From assembly GCA_016839705.1 (NCBI GenBank), contig JAEOTR010000012.1, forward strand, positions 1 through 54,412: DNA of 54,412 bases, in the 5' to 3' direction. The position numbers were made by a program, and so were the translations under genes. The first letter of the stretch is position 1. Each line of letters opens with the position of its first letter. This DNA is from Promethearchaeota archaeon (lineage in GTDB: Archaea; Asgardarchaeota; Lokiarchaeia; Sigyniarchaeales; SOKP01). Below, piece by piece: positions 8,229-17,800 of the stretch. A model generated the notes under the pieces. That model ran no database searches, was not told where the DNA came from, and saw only the letters and a program-made list of their open reading frames with translations.

Positions 8229-9482
8229 TTATTCATAAAAGTTTTTCTTTCCGCTTCTTTTCATTATTAATATTATTGTAAGTAATACTGCAGCAACACC
8301 AATTCCTATGAACACCAGAAATAACAATGGAAATTCTGCTAAGGGTGCTAGGTTTGCCCCCACAACAGTAATCTTAACTTGATAAGAATAATCAAACAAA
8401 TCTTCTTGGTAAACTATACATGGATGTGGGAATTCACTTTCATCAGGTAATAGTGGAATAGAGAACCATTGTCCGATGTTTAAGTTTAAACGAAGATAAT
8501 CAATTCGATTAAAATACTCATAACTACTTTCATGCCAGGTTGGATCACAAGCAATCCATCCAATATTAGGTACATAATATTCAACCCAAGCATGTCCTAG
8601 AAAATCGGTAGAAGAAATTTCACCTGTTTTTGAACGAGTAAAAATCCATTCTTTACCCATAACGGGTCTTGTGGCAGGATTGTCTGAAATACAAAATCCG
8701 ATTACTTTTCGAGCGGGTATATTTTGAATTCGTAATAACGTCACCATTAAGCTTGAATACTCACTGCAATCACCTTGTTTGTTATTATATGCCCATAACG
8801 CACCTTTTTCTTGCTCGGGTAGAGCATCGTTGTATGTTATATTATCTGCAATCCAGTTATAAATCTTTTCTGCTTTCTCAATTGGGCTAACACTAGAACC
8901 CACGATACTATTTGAAGCGGAAATCAAAGTAGGATTATTTCTTTCATAATATAACTCCGACCTGTTGCAATATAAATCAAAGATGTTTTCTGAGAGATTA
9001 TAAGTGCCGATATCCATTTCATTGATATTGTTAAAGCTAACCTCATTCAGTGTAATATTGTATAGTTGATCTAAAGTGATTTGCTCATTGTAGTTCAAGG
9101 TATCATTAAATAAATCATATGTATTGTTAAACTCATCACGTAATAGATACGAAGGAACATTGATGTTACTATATAATATTTCACTTTCTTGGTATGGAGC
9201 ACAATATGGAGTTAATGTTGAATTGGGGAGTCTATCGTTTAACCTAGTGAATTGAAACCAATATGAACGGCTAGAAATAGATTTATGAGTCAATGTAAAA
9301 TTAATTTCTACTTGATATTTTACACTTTGAGTGATATTATAGTTTGAAACTCCATAATCGGGTGAAGAAATAAATGGATTACCATAATTCGTAGTCGATG
9401 ACAAAAGTGAAGGGGAATATCCCGTAATTGCAATCGGTAAGAAAAAAAAGTATACTATGAAAAACACAGATTTTACTTTCAT
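8229..9482 (-). CDS. Secreted, C-terminally anchored transglutaminase-like protein
   Basis: Signal-like N-terminus, GDCSEYS / HAWVE / DPT catalytic triad motifs, C-terminal TM helix and basic tail. Confidence 0.85.
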   Translation of the reverse strand: MKVKSVFFIVYFFFLPIAITGYSPSLLSSTTNYGNPFISSPDYGVSNYNITQSVKYQVEINFTLTHKSISSRSYWFQFTRLNDRLPNSTLTPYCAPYQESEILYSNINVPSYLLRDEFNNTYDLFNDTLNYNEQITLDQLYNITLNEVSFNNINEMDIGTYNLSENIFDLYCNRSELYYERNNPTLISASNSIVGSSVSPIEKAEKIYNWIADNITYNDALPEQEKGALWAYNNKQGDCSEYSSLMVTLLRIQNIPARKVIGFCISDNPATRPVMGKEWIFTRSKTGEISSTDFLGHAWVEYYVPNIGWIACDPTWHESSYEYFNRIDYLRLNLNIGQWFSIPLLPDESEFPHPCIVYQEDLFDYSYQVKITVVGANLAPLAEFPLLFLVFIGIGVAAVLLTIILIMKRSGKKNFYE

Positions 9483-9616
9483 TATTAAACTCAGAGAATT
9501 TGTATATTTTTTATAAAAGGTATAAATTTTCTGCTTTTAATTTTAATTATTTAGAAACTTAACATTCATAAAAATTCAAAAGGGTGAGTTTTTATTAATT
9601 TTATAACAAGACTATA

Positions 9617-10270
9617 TTGTATTTTATTGAAAATTTGATATATAAAGTATATTTGATCGATGGAGATAACGGGATCTCACTTTTTGAATCAACATTTAAA
9701 GAATTAAAAAAAATTCAAGATGATATCTTAACGGGGTTTTTTAATGCGATTAATAAAACAATTGATGTTATTCAAGAGTCTATGGCAAAAGGAAGACGAG
9801 TAAATGAAATGAATAGGATCATAGAATCTGAAGATTCAACTATTTTCATTTATTATCACCCTTTATCAAGAATACTTTTCTGTTCGATTTCAGATGCAGA
9901 TGACGATACGGAAAAAATAAAGGATGTTATTCACAAAATTGCTCAAAGGTTTTGGAAAAAACATCAGTCAGATCTTAAAGTCTTTAGAGCAACAACAGAA
10001 AAAACTCGATTTCAAACGTTAAATGCCGATATTGAAAATCTCACAAGGGGTGGGAAAATCGCAGAAATATTCCCAAAACTACTTGTTGCAAAAAGTGTGT
10101 TAGAAAAAGTCTTAACGATGGGTATGATTAATGAATTTGATTTTCAAATTGCACTATTGTGTAGTGGAAAAAATTCTCCCTTAAAAATCTCGAGAATATT
10201 AAGCTTGAAAAGAGATGAGACATATGATGCACTTAAAAAATTAGAACAATTAGACATAATTAAACTGTGA
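9617..10270 (+). CDS. Longin-like domain + C-terminal winged-helix protein
   Basis: VYLID..NGISLFE..F...DILTGFFNAI longin pattern. C-terminal LLCSGKNSPLKISRIL...YDALKKLEQLDII wHTH pattern. Confidence 0.65.
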   Translation: MYFIENLIYKVYLIDGDNGISLFESTFKELKKIQDDILTGFFNAINKTIDVIQESMAKGRRVNEMNRIIESEDSTIFIYYHPLSRILFCSISDADDDTEKIKDVIHKIAQRFWKKHQSDLKVFRATTEKTRFQTLNADIENLTRGGKIAEIFPKLLVAKSVLEKVLTMGMINEFDFQIALLCSGKNSPLKISRILSLKRDETYDALKKLEQLDIIKL

Positions 10271-10399
10271 TAACCTTGCTCTTAATAGGCATGAATCTGA
10301 AAATAATAATTTAAACTAGTTTTAACACCTTTGATATAAATAGAAAAAAATAAATGGTTTCTTAGTTTATCAAAATTACATTAGTATTATTATCATCGT

Positions 10400-11011
10400 G
10401 TGTTAATCATGGGGAACAAAATAGAACTCATCGCAACAGTAAAAACTCCCTCCAAAGAATCTTTTTTAAGAAAAGGAGAAGGGTATTCTTTGAAGGAAAT
10501 ACAGGAAGCAGGAAGAACTATTAATCAATTAAAGGAATTAAATATAAAAATTGATTATTTTAGAAAATCCTCCTATCAAGAAAATGTTGATAAGCTCAAA
10601 ACTCTAAAAATCTCAGAGAAAAAAGAAAAGAAACGTAGTCCTTTTGTGAAAAAGGAGAAAAAGAGAACACCCTTTAAACCAATAAAAGAGAAAGCGAAAG
10701 ATAAACCTAAAGAGACAGTTGTTGAGGCTCCTAAAAAACGAGTTGTAAAGAAAAAGGTAGAAGTAATTAAAAAAGAGAAAATAAAACCTGTCAAGAAAGA
10801 AAAGGTGAAAATTGAAGAAACAGGGAGATCCTTAAGTGAACTATCGGGGTTAGGTGTTGCCACAGCAAAAAAACTTGTGGAACTTGGAGTTGAGACGATT
10901 GAGGATTTAATTAAAGAGAATCCTCAAGAATTATCATCATTAATCAAGGGAGTTTCTCTAGAAAGAATAGAGAAATGGATTGAAGAAGGAAAAGAGTTAA
11001 TAAAACAATAA
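10400..11011 (+). CDS. rpl13e: Ribosomal protein eL13-like domain + Lys-rich linker + helix-hairpin-helix domain
   Basis: RKGEGYSLKEIQEAG...IKIDYFRKSSYQENVDKLK matches the L13e pattern (R.GRGFS..EL..AG...I.VD.RR.S...NV..LK). C-terminal LSELSGLGVATAKKLVELGV is an HhH motif. Probable start ATG 10409. Confidence 0.7.
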   Translation: MLIMGNKIELIATVKTPSKESFLRKGEGYSLKEIQEAGRTINQLKELNIKIDYFRKSSYQENVDKLKTLKISEKKEKKRSPFVKKEKKRTPFKPIKEKAKDKPKETVVEAPKKRVVKKKVEVIKKEKIKPVKKEKVKIEETGRSLSELSGLGVATAKKLVELGVETIEDLIKENPQELSSLIKGVSLERIEKWIEEGKELIKQ

Positions 11012-11156
11012 ACAAATCTCTTCTCTTTAAATTTAATCATTGCTTTTTATAAAGATTATACAATTACTTCTTGTATCAGAAGTTTTATAAATGCTAAATT
11101 TATTTTAGAAATAAATCAGTTTAGTATATTTTTAATCAAATTGAGTAGTTTGAATC

Positions 11157-11651
11157 ATGGAATACCACTTTTATGTATATAATAAACCTGAATGCAATTT
11201 TTCAATTAATAAAATGCCTATTTGGCTTAGAGAGGTAACTTTTGAAGGAGATGAAAATAATGGTTCTATTACCATGCATTCTCAAGACGAATATGATGAG
11301 ATTTGGGGTCCAAATTCAACACTTGAATTAAATTGGGAACATAAAGATCGAGCAAATCTGTTCTATTATAAAGAAGTAGAAAGTAGCATTGAAACTTATA
11401 ATGCAGTTGGTATTGTGGTAACAAAAAAAGAAAGAGACTGGCAAATGAGTCATGAGTTTACGGTTTGGTTGGGACAACGTAGAAAAATGATACGAAAGAG
11501 ATATTATATTGAAAGAGTAATACATGGGATTTTTTATTGCGAAGTCACAGAACGGTTAATTAATATTCACACATCAATAATAGAGGGTATGTACGAAAAA
11601 TTTAAACCAAATTTGTTAAAAACTTTTAATTCAATTGAATGCCATCAATAG
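11157..11651 (+). CDS. Hypothetical protein
   Basis: 164-aa ATG ORF with normal composition and no recognised motif. Confidence 0.7.
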   Translation: MEYHFYVYNKPECNFSINKMPIWLREVTFEGDENNGSITMHSQDEYDEIWGPNSTLELNWEHKDRANLFYYKEVESSIETYNAVGIVVTKKERDWQMSHEFTVWLGQRRKMIRKRYYIERVIHGIFYCEVTERLINIHTSIIEGMYEKFKPNLLKTFNSIECHQ

Positions 11652-12390
11652 GTTTTTTTTGGACGAGGATAAAAAAATTATCGTTATTACTTGGTCCACC
11701 CATGATTCTAAATTCGTTAATTACAAAAGTTTTTAGTAATTTCTTAATTTCATGCTTGGAAAAAAAATGGTAAAACCGTTTGTATACCTTGTTTTTTTCA
11801 GAAAGGGTCCATGGTATATACTTATCCCCAAACTGGTTTAAACCTGCGTCACTTTGTCGTTTTTTATGTCGAAAACTTAAATTCCTTTTTATTCCATCTA
11901 AAAGAAAATAACTTCGGTATTTTTTCTGCCATTTACGCCAGACTGTAATTAGTAAGTTTCCATTCTTTATTAAAGTACTATTGAGGTGTGCTATAAGACT
12001 TTTTCTATTGGTTTTATTTTTAATATGATGAATAGTTGCGATTGAGAAAATATTATTGATTGAATTTTTCCTTATAGGGAGGTAATTTATATCAGCTAAA
12101 ATAATTTGAATAAAATCTGATTCCGATTTTAGATAATGCTCTGTATTGTTTAAACTCTTCTGAGCAATTTTTAAAAATTCAAGTGAGTTATCAATCCCAA
12201 TTAATTTTTTAGGTTTATTCCCTAAAATCTTAAAATTTCTCCCATTTGCGCAGCCCAGATCGAGAGATATCCCATGGAAAAAGTAACTTTTTGTTTTCAA
12301 ATAATTGAAAAAAAATTCAAGAGGCTTCCAAGGTTTTTTTCTTTTTGAATGGTAGTCCTTAGCAATCTGATTGAAGGTATTACTTTCCAT
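11626..12390 (-). CDS. Class I SAM methyltransferase, Trm9/ALKBH8-like (tRNA wobble cm5U methyltransferase candidate)
   Basis: LDLGCANGRN, FSIATIHHI, LITVW, GDKYIPW and RFYHFF..E motifs. Likely start ATG 12390 (MESNTF). Confidence 0.7.
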   Translation of the reverse strand: MESNTFNQIAKDYHSKRKKPWKPLEFFFNYLKTKSYFFHGISLDLGCANGRNFKILGNKPKKLIGIDNSLEFLKIAQKSLNNTEHYLKSESDFIQIILADINYLPIRKNSINNIFSIATIHHIKNKTNRKSLIAHLNSTLIKNGNLLITVWRKWQKKYRSYFLLDGIKRNLSFRHKKRQSDAGLNQFGDKYIPWTLSEKNKVYKRFYHFFSKHEIKKLLKTFVINEFRIMGGPSNNDNFFILVQKKPIDGIQLN

Positions 12391-12484
12391 GAAATGAAAA
12401 TGTTTTATTTTTTTATAACTTATATATGTTAGCATAGATTTATAATTTTCAATATATATCTTTAGTTAATTAGGAAATAGGGAA

Positions 12485-14218
12485 ATGGAAGATCATTTTG
12501 TCTTTCTAACTGAATTTTTATCATTGTTGAAAAATGACATTGTAGATTATTACAAGAGATCTCATTTCTATTTAAAAGACCTTGCTTCATACAAAAATAT
12601 CAATTTAAAGCTACAAATATCAACCAAAGCCGAAGATGTGATAGAAGAAACTCTCAATACTCTATTAAAAGCAATAAAAACAGGTTTAAATACCCTTGGG
12701 ATTCCAATAAATAAAATAAGCAAAATTCAGAGTCTCTTCTTAATGGAACTAGACGGAAAAGGGCTTGAGATATCTAATTACAGCTCTTATCTGGAAATAT
12801 ACCTCAAGGAATATATAAATAAACTTTTATTTGAAATTTTAGTAGAATACTTATTAGATTTAGATGTCAATAAAATTGAGACTTTAAAATTATTCAAACT
12901 GATAAGCTCCAGTACTATAGACAAATTGTCTGAATTCAAAAGAATGCATATCATATCTGATAAAACAAAGGAATATATTGCTTACCCAGCTATTGAAGAA
13001 TATTTAAATATTTCAGAATTATCTATTAAAGTAAATACAACCTTTAATAATCCAAAGAAGATTGAAATTTCACTTATGAATGACCCGAAAGAGACTCAGA
13101 AGTCAAAGAAAGATGAAATGGATACCAATGATATTTTAAGACAATTAGAAGAAGCTAAAAAAGATTCCATTGAAACCCTACAAACACCAAAAACAGATGC
13201 ATCTAAATCCTCATTCGAAAAAATTAAAAAAAAACAGGAGGCATATCAAGAGCTTATACAAGAAGTTAAACCAAAAACCTCCATTCCACCTAATTTGGAT
13301 TATGTGACTAAGGTAGAAGAAATTTTTCTTGATCAGATCGGTAATTTACCACAAGTAAATCCCGAATTTAGTAATAGATTTAAAATTAATATTGTAAACC
13401 TGCTAAATTCAAGAGTGGTTAATCCTGATTTTTTAGATTTGGAAAATCTGTTTTATTATATTTCTATTATGAAAATGTTAGAAATTGAATTTCCTTTCAC
13501 AGCAATAGAAATTTTAGAGATCTTAAAGAATTACATTTCTAATATGGTTTTTAGTACTTCTAGGGTCGATACTCCAGATCCTGTAAGTATCTTTTATGGG
13601 TTAGCTATTGTTACTGAGTTAGATTTAATACATAGAACAAATATTATAAACCTTCACGCAATAGAAGAATTTCTCAAATCTGAATTAAATTTTTTTATAC
13701 CAGAGAAACTAAAATTAAATTACTATACATTTCTCTCGCTTAAATTACTTGCAAAAAATGAAATTTTATTAGCGAAAAAAGAACAAGTAATATCTCAATT
13801 ATTAAGACTAAATTTGTCAAATTTAAACGAATTTAATCCTACTTTAGATATTTATAATCACTTAGGATCTATAAAGATTTTAGATAGGAATGTCGATCTA
13901 TCAAAATTCAATGTGTTATATATTAGTGAGCTTAAAAAAAAGCTAACTCCAAAGGGTTCAGTAGATAATTTAATAACAGAATCTGCAAGAATGTTATTAA
14001 TTTTAAGCCTTCTTGACATGAAAGATCAAGAATCACTACTAAGCAGTCGGTTACTCAATTTTATTATAGAATCAACAGATTTCTTTAATCTAGTAAATCT
14101 TGATAAAGATTTTAATTGGCGAATTGATAAATTAGCATACAAAATCGAATTAAAGATGTTGTTTTGGGCGTTATTAGCATGTTCTCAATATACACCCAAT
14201 AGTTTGTTAAGTCTTTAA
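12485..14218 (+). CDS. Hypothetical protein (two helical regions joined by a charged linker)
   Basis: 577-aa ORF with no recognised motif. Confidence 0.7.
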   Translation: MEDHFVFLTEFLSLLKNDIVDYYKRSHFYLKDLASYKNINLKLQISTKAEDVIEETLNTLLKAIKTGLNTLGIPINKISKIQSLFLMELDGKGLEISNYSSYLEIYLKEYINKLLFEILVEYLLDLDVNKIETLKLFKLISSSTIDKLSEFKRMHIISDKTKEYIAYPAIEEYLNISELSIKVNTTFNNPKKIEISLMNDPKETQKSKKDEMDTNDILRQLEEAKKDSIETLQTPKTDASKSSFEKIKKKQEAYQELIQEVKPKTSIPPNLDYVTKVEEIFLDQIGNLPQVNPEFSNRFKINIVNLLNSRVVNPDFLDLENLFYYISIMKMLEIEFPFTAIEILEILKNYISNMVFSTSRVDTPDPVSIFYGLAIVTELDLIHRTNIINLHAIEEFLKSELNFFIPEKLKLNYYTFLSLKLLAKNEILLAKKEQVISQLLRLNLSNLNEFNPTLDIYNHLGSIKILDRNVDLSKFNVLYISELKKKLTPKGSVDNLITESARMLLILSLLDMKDQESLLSSRLLNFIIESTDFFNLVNLDKDFNWRIDKLAYKIELKMLFWALLACSQYTPNSLLSL

Positions 14219-14219
14219 A

Positions 14220-14846
14220 TCAATCCTTTTTATCATCAGCGTTCAATATCGTTTTTATATAATTTTTTACATTAGGTACAATTTTCCCATTTTTAACTCT
14301 GCTATTCCATCTTTCATTAAAATGAAAATTTTTTTCTAGTTCTTTTATCGTCTCACTACCAATTTGGCTCCAATAATCATATTCAATGATCGGTGAATCT
14401 GAATTTATGCCAGGACAATAATTTTTAGCTTTCTCGGTGTAATTTATAATAATATTTTCGTTAGCTTTATTTCCCCTAAGATTTGAAATATTAAATGAGA
14501 AAGGAAAAGTTCTACAAAACATCGGCCTTATATTATAAATTAAACATTTCGAATTATTTTTATTATAGAAAAAGCATTCTCCTAAATTGTTTTTAAGAAG
14601 TCCCGTAAAAGCTAAGCCTCTTTCCGTTTCAATGGGTGATACGACCATTTTCTTAAGAGTATTTTCAGTCAATTTCTTATCAAAAACGTAAAATCCTATT
14701 ATATCTAGTAATTCTTGTAGTTCTAACTTAAGACCTGTTTGTAGTCTTAAAATATCAAGATATGAAATATTAACAAGGGTATCTTTATCTGTACAACAAT
14801 TTCCACACCTAGTACAAATAAACCTTAATTCTTTAGGATTTATCAT
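14220..14846 (-). CDS. YkgJ family cysteine-cluster protein
   Basis: CTRCGNCC...ECFFY...CLIYNIRPMFCRTFPF...CPG. Confidence 0.85.
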   Translation of the reverse strand: MINPKELRFICTRCGNCCTDKDTLVNISYLDILRLQTGLKLELQELLDIIGFYVFDKKLTENTLKKMVVSPIETERGLAFTGLLKNNLGECFFYNKNNSKCLIYNIRPMFCRTFPFSFNISNLRGNKANENIIINYTEKAKNYCPGINSDSPIIEYDYWSQIGSETIKELEKNFHFNERWNSRVKNGKIVPNVKNYIKTILNADDKKD

Positions 14847-14894
14847 TCAAGTAAAAAAAAAGTAATTTAAAATTTGAATTTATTTCTTATATTA

Positions 14895-17800
14895 TTAAGG
14901 ATTGACAGGAATTATTAATTTCCGATCAATCAATCCTTCTATTGCTTGAATAACGAGATCTTTATTCTCTTCGCTTATTAATTCGATTATACTATTTAAA
15001 TTAATGATATCTTCGTTTCTCTTTAACATTGATTCGACTACATTTAAGACTCGTATTTCCATTTTCGATAGAGATTTTTCTTTTCGTAAGTTAAGAAGAT
15101 CAAGTTTTCTGGGAAGGGTAAAAGAACCTTTATAATATAATTCAAAATACTCCTCTATTATCATAGGTACTATTTCTTCAAACTTATCTAGAGATCCATC
15201 CCAATTCTCTAAATCTTGCGATAATTTGAGATTTAAAGCCAACATTAAATGTGAAATTTGATTCTTAAGGTGTTCTGAAGATTTTTCCTTGAGGATAAAT
15301 ACAACCCTTATATCTTCTTTATCTGCTATCAGACAATAGAAATACTTAAAATCTAATTCAATGATTTTTTCAATTCCATAACTCTCTTTTTCTGCATCTA
15401 ACTTCTTTTCAATTTGCTCAGCTTGGGTAAATTCTTCTCCAATAGTAGTGATAGCTTGAATAAAACCTGAGAATAATTCCCTCTTATGTTTTTCTAAAAT
15501 TGAATAAGTCCTAGTGTAAAGTGGAATTCCGCTTATTCTATGTACGATTACAATCGCTTGAATATTTCTAAGATCTTTAAATCTTTGTGTTTTTGATAAT
15601 AGTTCTGCCTCTTTTTTTCGCTTTCTGGGCAAGATTACATAAGATCGCATACTCAAAATACCTAACGCGCTTACAATACTAACCAAAACACCAATAATTA
15701 TCCATAATAGAAGACTTGTGAATTCATCTCCACCTAGGATGGGTTCACCAATAATAGCGAAAAAAGAGAATAGTGTTGTTTTATAAGTTGAATTTTCTGG
15801 GGTAATTATCAACTCAATTTTGTAATTTCCCCGAACACTTTCGGGTAAATCTATAATTATTCTATAAATTCCAGGTGAAGTTTGGTTTACTGGTCCAACT
15901 CCATATCTCCATGAATAGCTTATTGATGCATTTTCAATACTTGCATAAGTAGTGTTATCTAATAATTGTATTTGAATATTTATTGTTTCACCAATGTCAG
16001 CAAAAAAGGGATCTTCAAATCCAATCGGTTCGACCTTAATCTCTATTTGGCTAATAAATAGCTGAAAAGAAAAAATATTTATCTCGTAATTATCCTTAAT
16101 AAAACGAATATCGATAGAATTTAACCCTAAAGAGAAATTTGAAGGAGAACAGGGGATAGATATATTATACCAGAAATCACTTGTATATGTTAAATTATCG
16201 ACATAATTTCCACTAATTAGGGTGATGACTTCATTTGGCAAGAAATTCTCAGCAATTATGTCATATATCTTTAAAGAAATTGATAAAATTTCGTTAAATG
16301 ATCTGTCTGCTTGATATAGTTCAGGGACTTCTAATGAATCTATATATACTGAAAAACTTGTATCCCTTTGAATTATGAAAATTCCCAAAATTATCGATTG
16401 AGATTCATATCCCTCCTTATCTGCATTAATAATTAATGAATGAAGCTTATTTACTTCGTATGCAGAACTATTACATGTTATATTGTACTCCCCAGGGATT
16501 CCTTCAATAACAAAAGTATCCCCTATCCAATTATTTGTAGGTATGGTTGAGATTCCTGTACCCGATGATTTCATAGTATAATTAAGATGGATTGTAAAAT
16601 TTTCATTCCATACGACTTGTAATGTTGGATATTCCTGGGCAGTGAGTAGTGTTTGTTGTATAATTTCAATGGTTACATTAACTTGATTATTTACATATGA
16701 AGAGGAATTTGCATAAACCGTTAAAGTGTTATTACCAGCAACACCATTAGTAGTATTAAACTCAAGAAAGTAATAACCCGGGCTTATTTCACTAAAATAC
16801 TCTCTTCCACCAATAAAATTATCTAGATATACTAAAGCATCCTGTATAGCATCACTATTTTCCAAATCATTAAATGAAACTTTTAAATTTATTAATTCAT
16901 CCTCAAAAATCTCTTCAAAATAGTTTTGATCAGGGATCATTACCGAGTTATGAACAACTTCAAATTTGTTTGAGATGATTCCCGTTTCATTGAGGCCATA
17001 AATATTATAAGAATTATTCCATGTTATTATAATTTCATATTCTCCTACTTCATAATAAGGCGGTGAAGTAGGTATCTGAAAATAATCAAAATAGACGTAT
17101 CCATTAGTATCAGGTGATTTCAATTGATTTTTTGTGATCCATATTGACCCATTAGGAAATCTTACTTGAAGTTGAGCTTTAGTCTGTTGGAGATATTCAG
17201 ACACTAATATTGAATTAGTAATTCTTGAGGTGATATTAATATAATCTCCACTCAAAAACTCATTAGTAGAATTCCATGAACCCGTCGCATTATTATATAT
17301 GTTTAATTGCTCACAATAATTTGGTGATATTGCTTTAAAGTGCCAAAAACCATCAGGTGTTGTAGATATTATATCTACTGGAATTATTAAAAGTCCTGGA
17401 ATTGAGTTATCACACAAGAATAATTGATTAGAACTAGGATCTTGAGGTTCAGATACCCATGTAATAATAACATCTGAAGGAAAATTGATTCTCATTTCGG
17501 TTTCCTTATATCCTGTTGGAACCGAAAAATAACTATAAAATTCCCAGTTTACAATACTATTATTATTTACAGAAAATTCACTCCCAAGTGATTCTGCGTT
17601 TGTTTCATAATTAGTATCTGGTGTATGCTTTATTGAATAAAGATTTAAATTTGTTTTTAATGTAATATCGAACTCTTCTATGATATTACTGGAAAAATTA
17701 GCATAAACATTTGAAGTTTGCCATCCACCTTCTAATTCCACTGAACCTTTACCCCAGTCAATATCATTTACGATCGTTTGATTCATTTCCAACCCTATTT

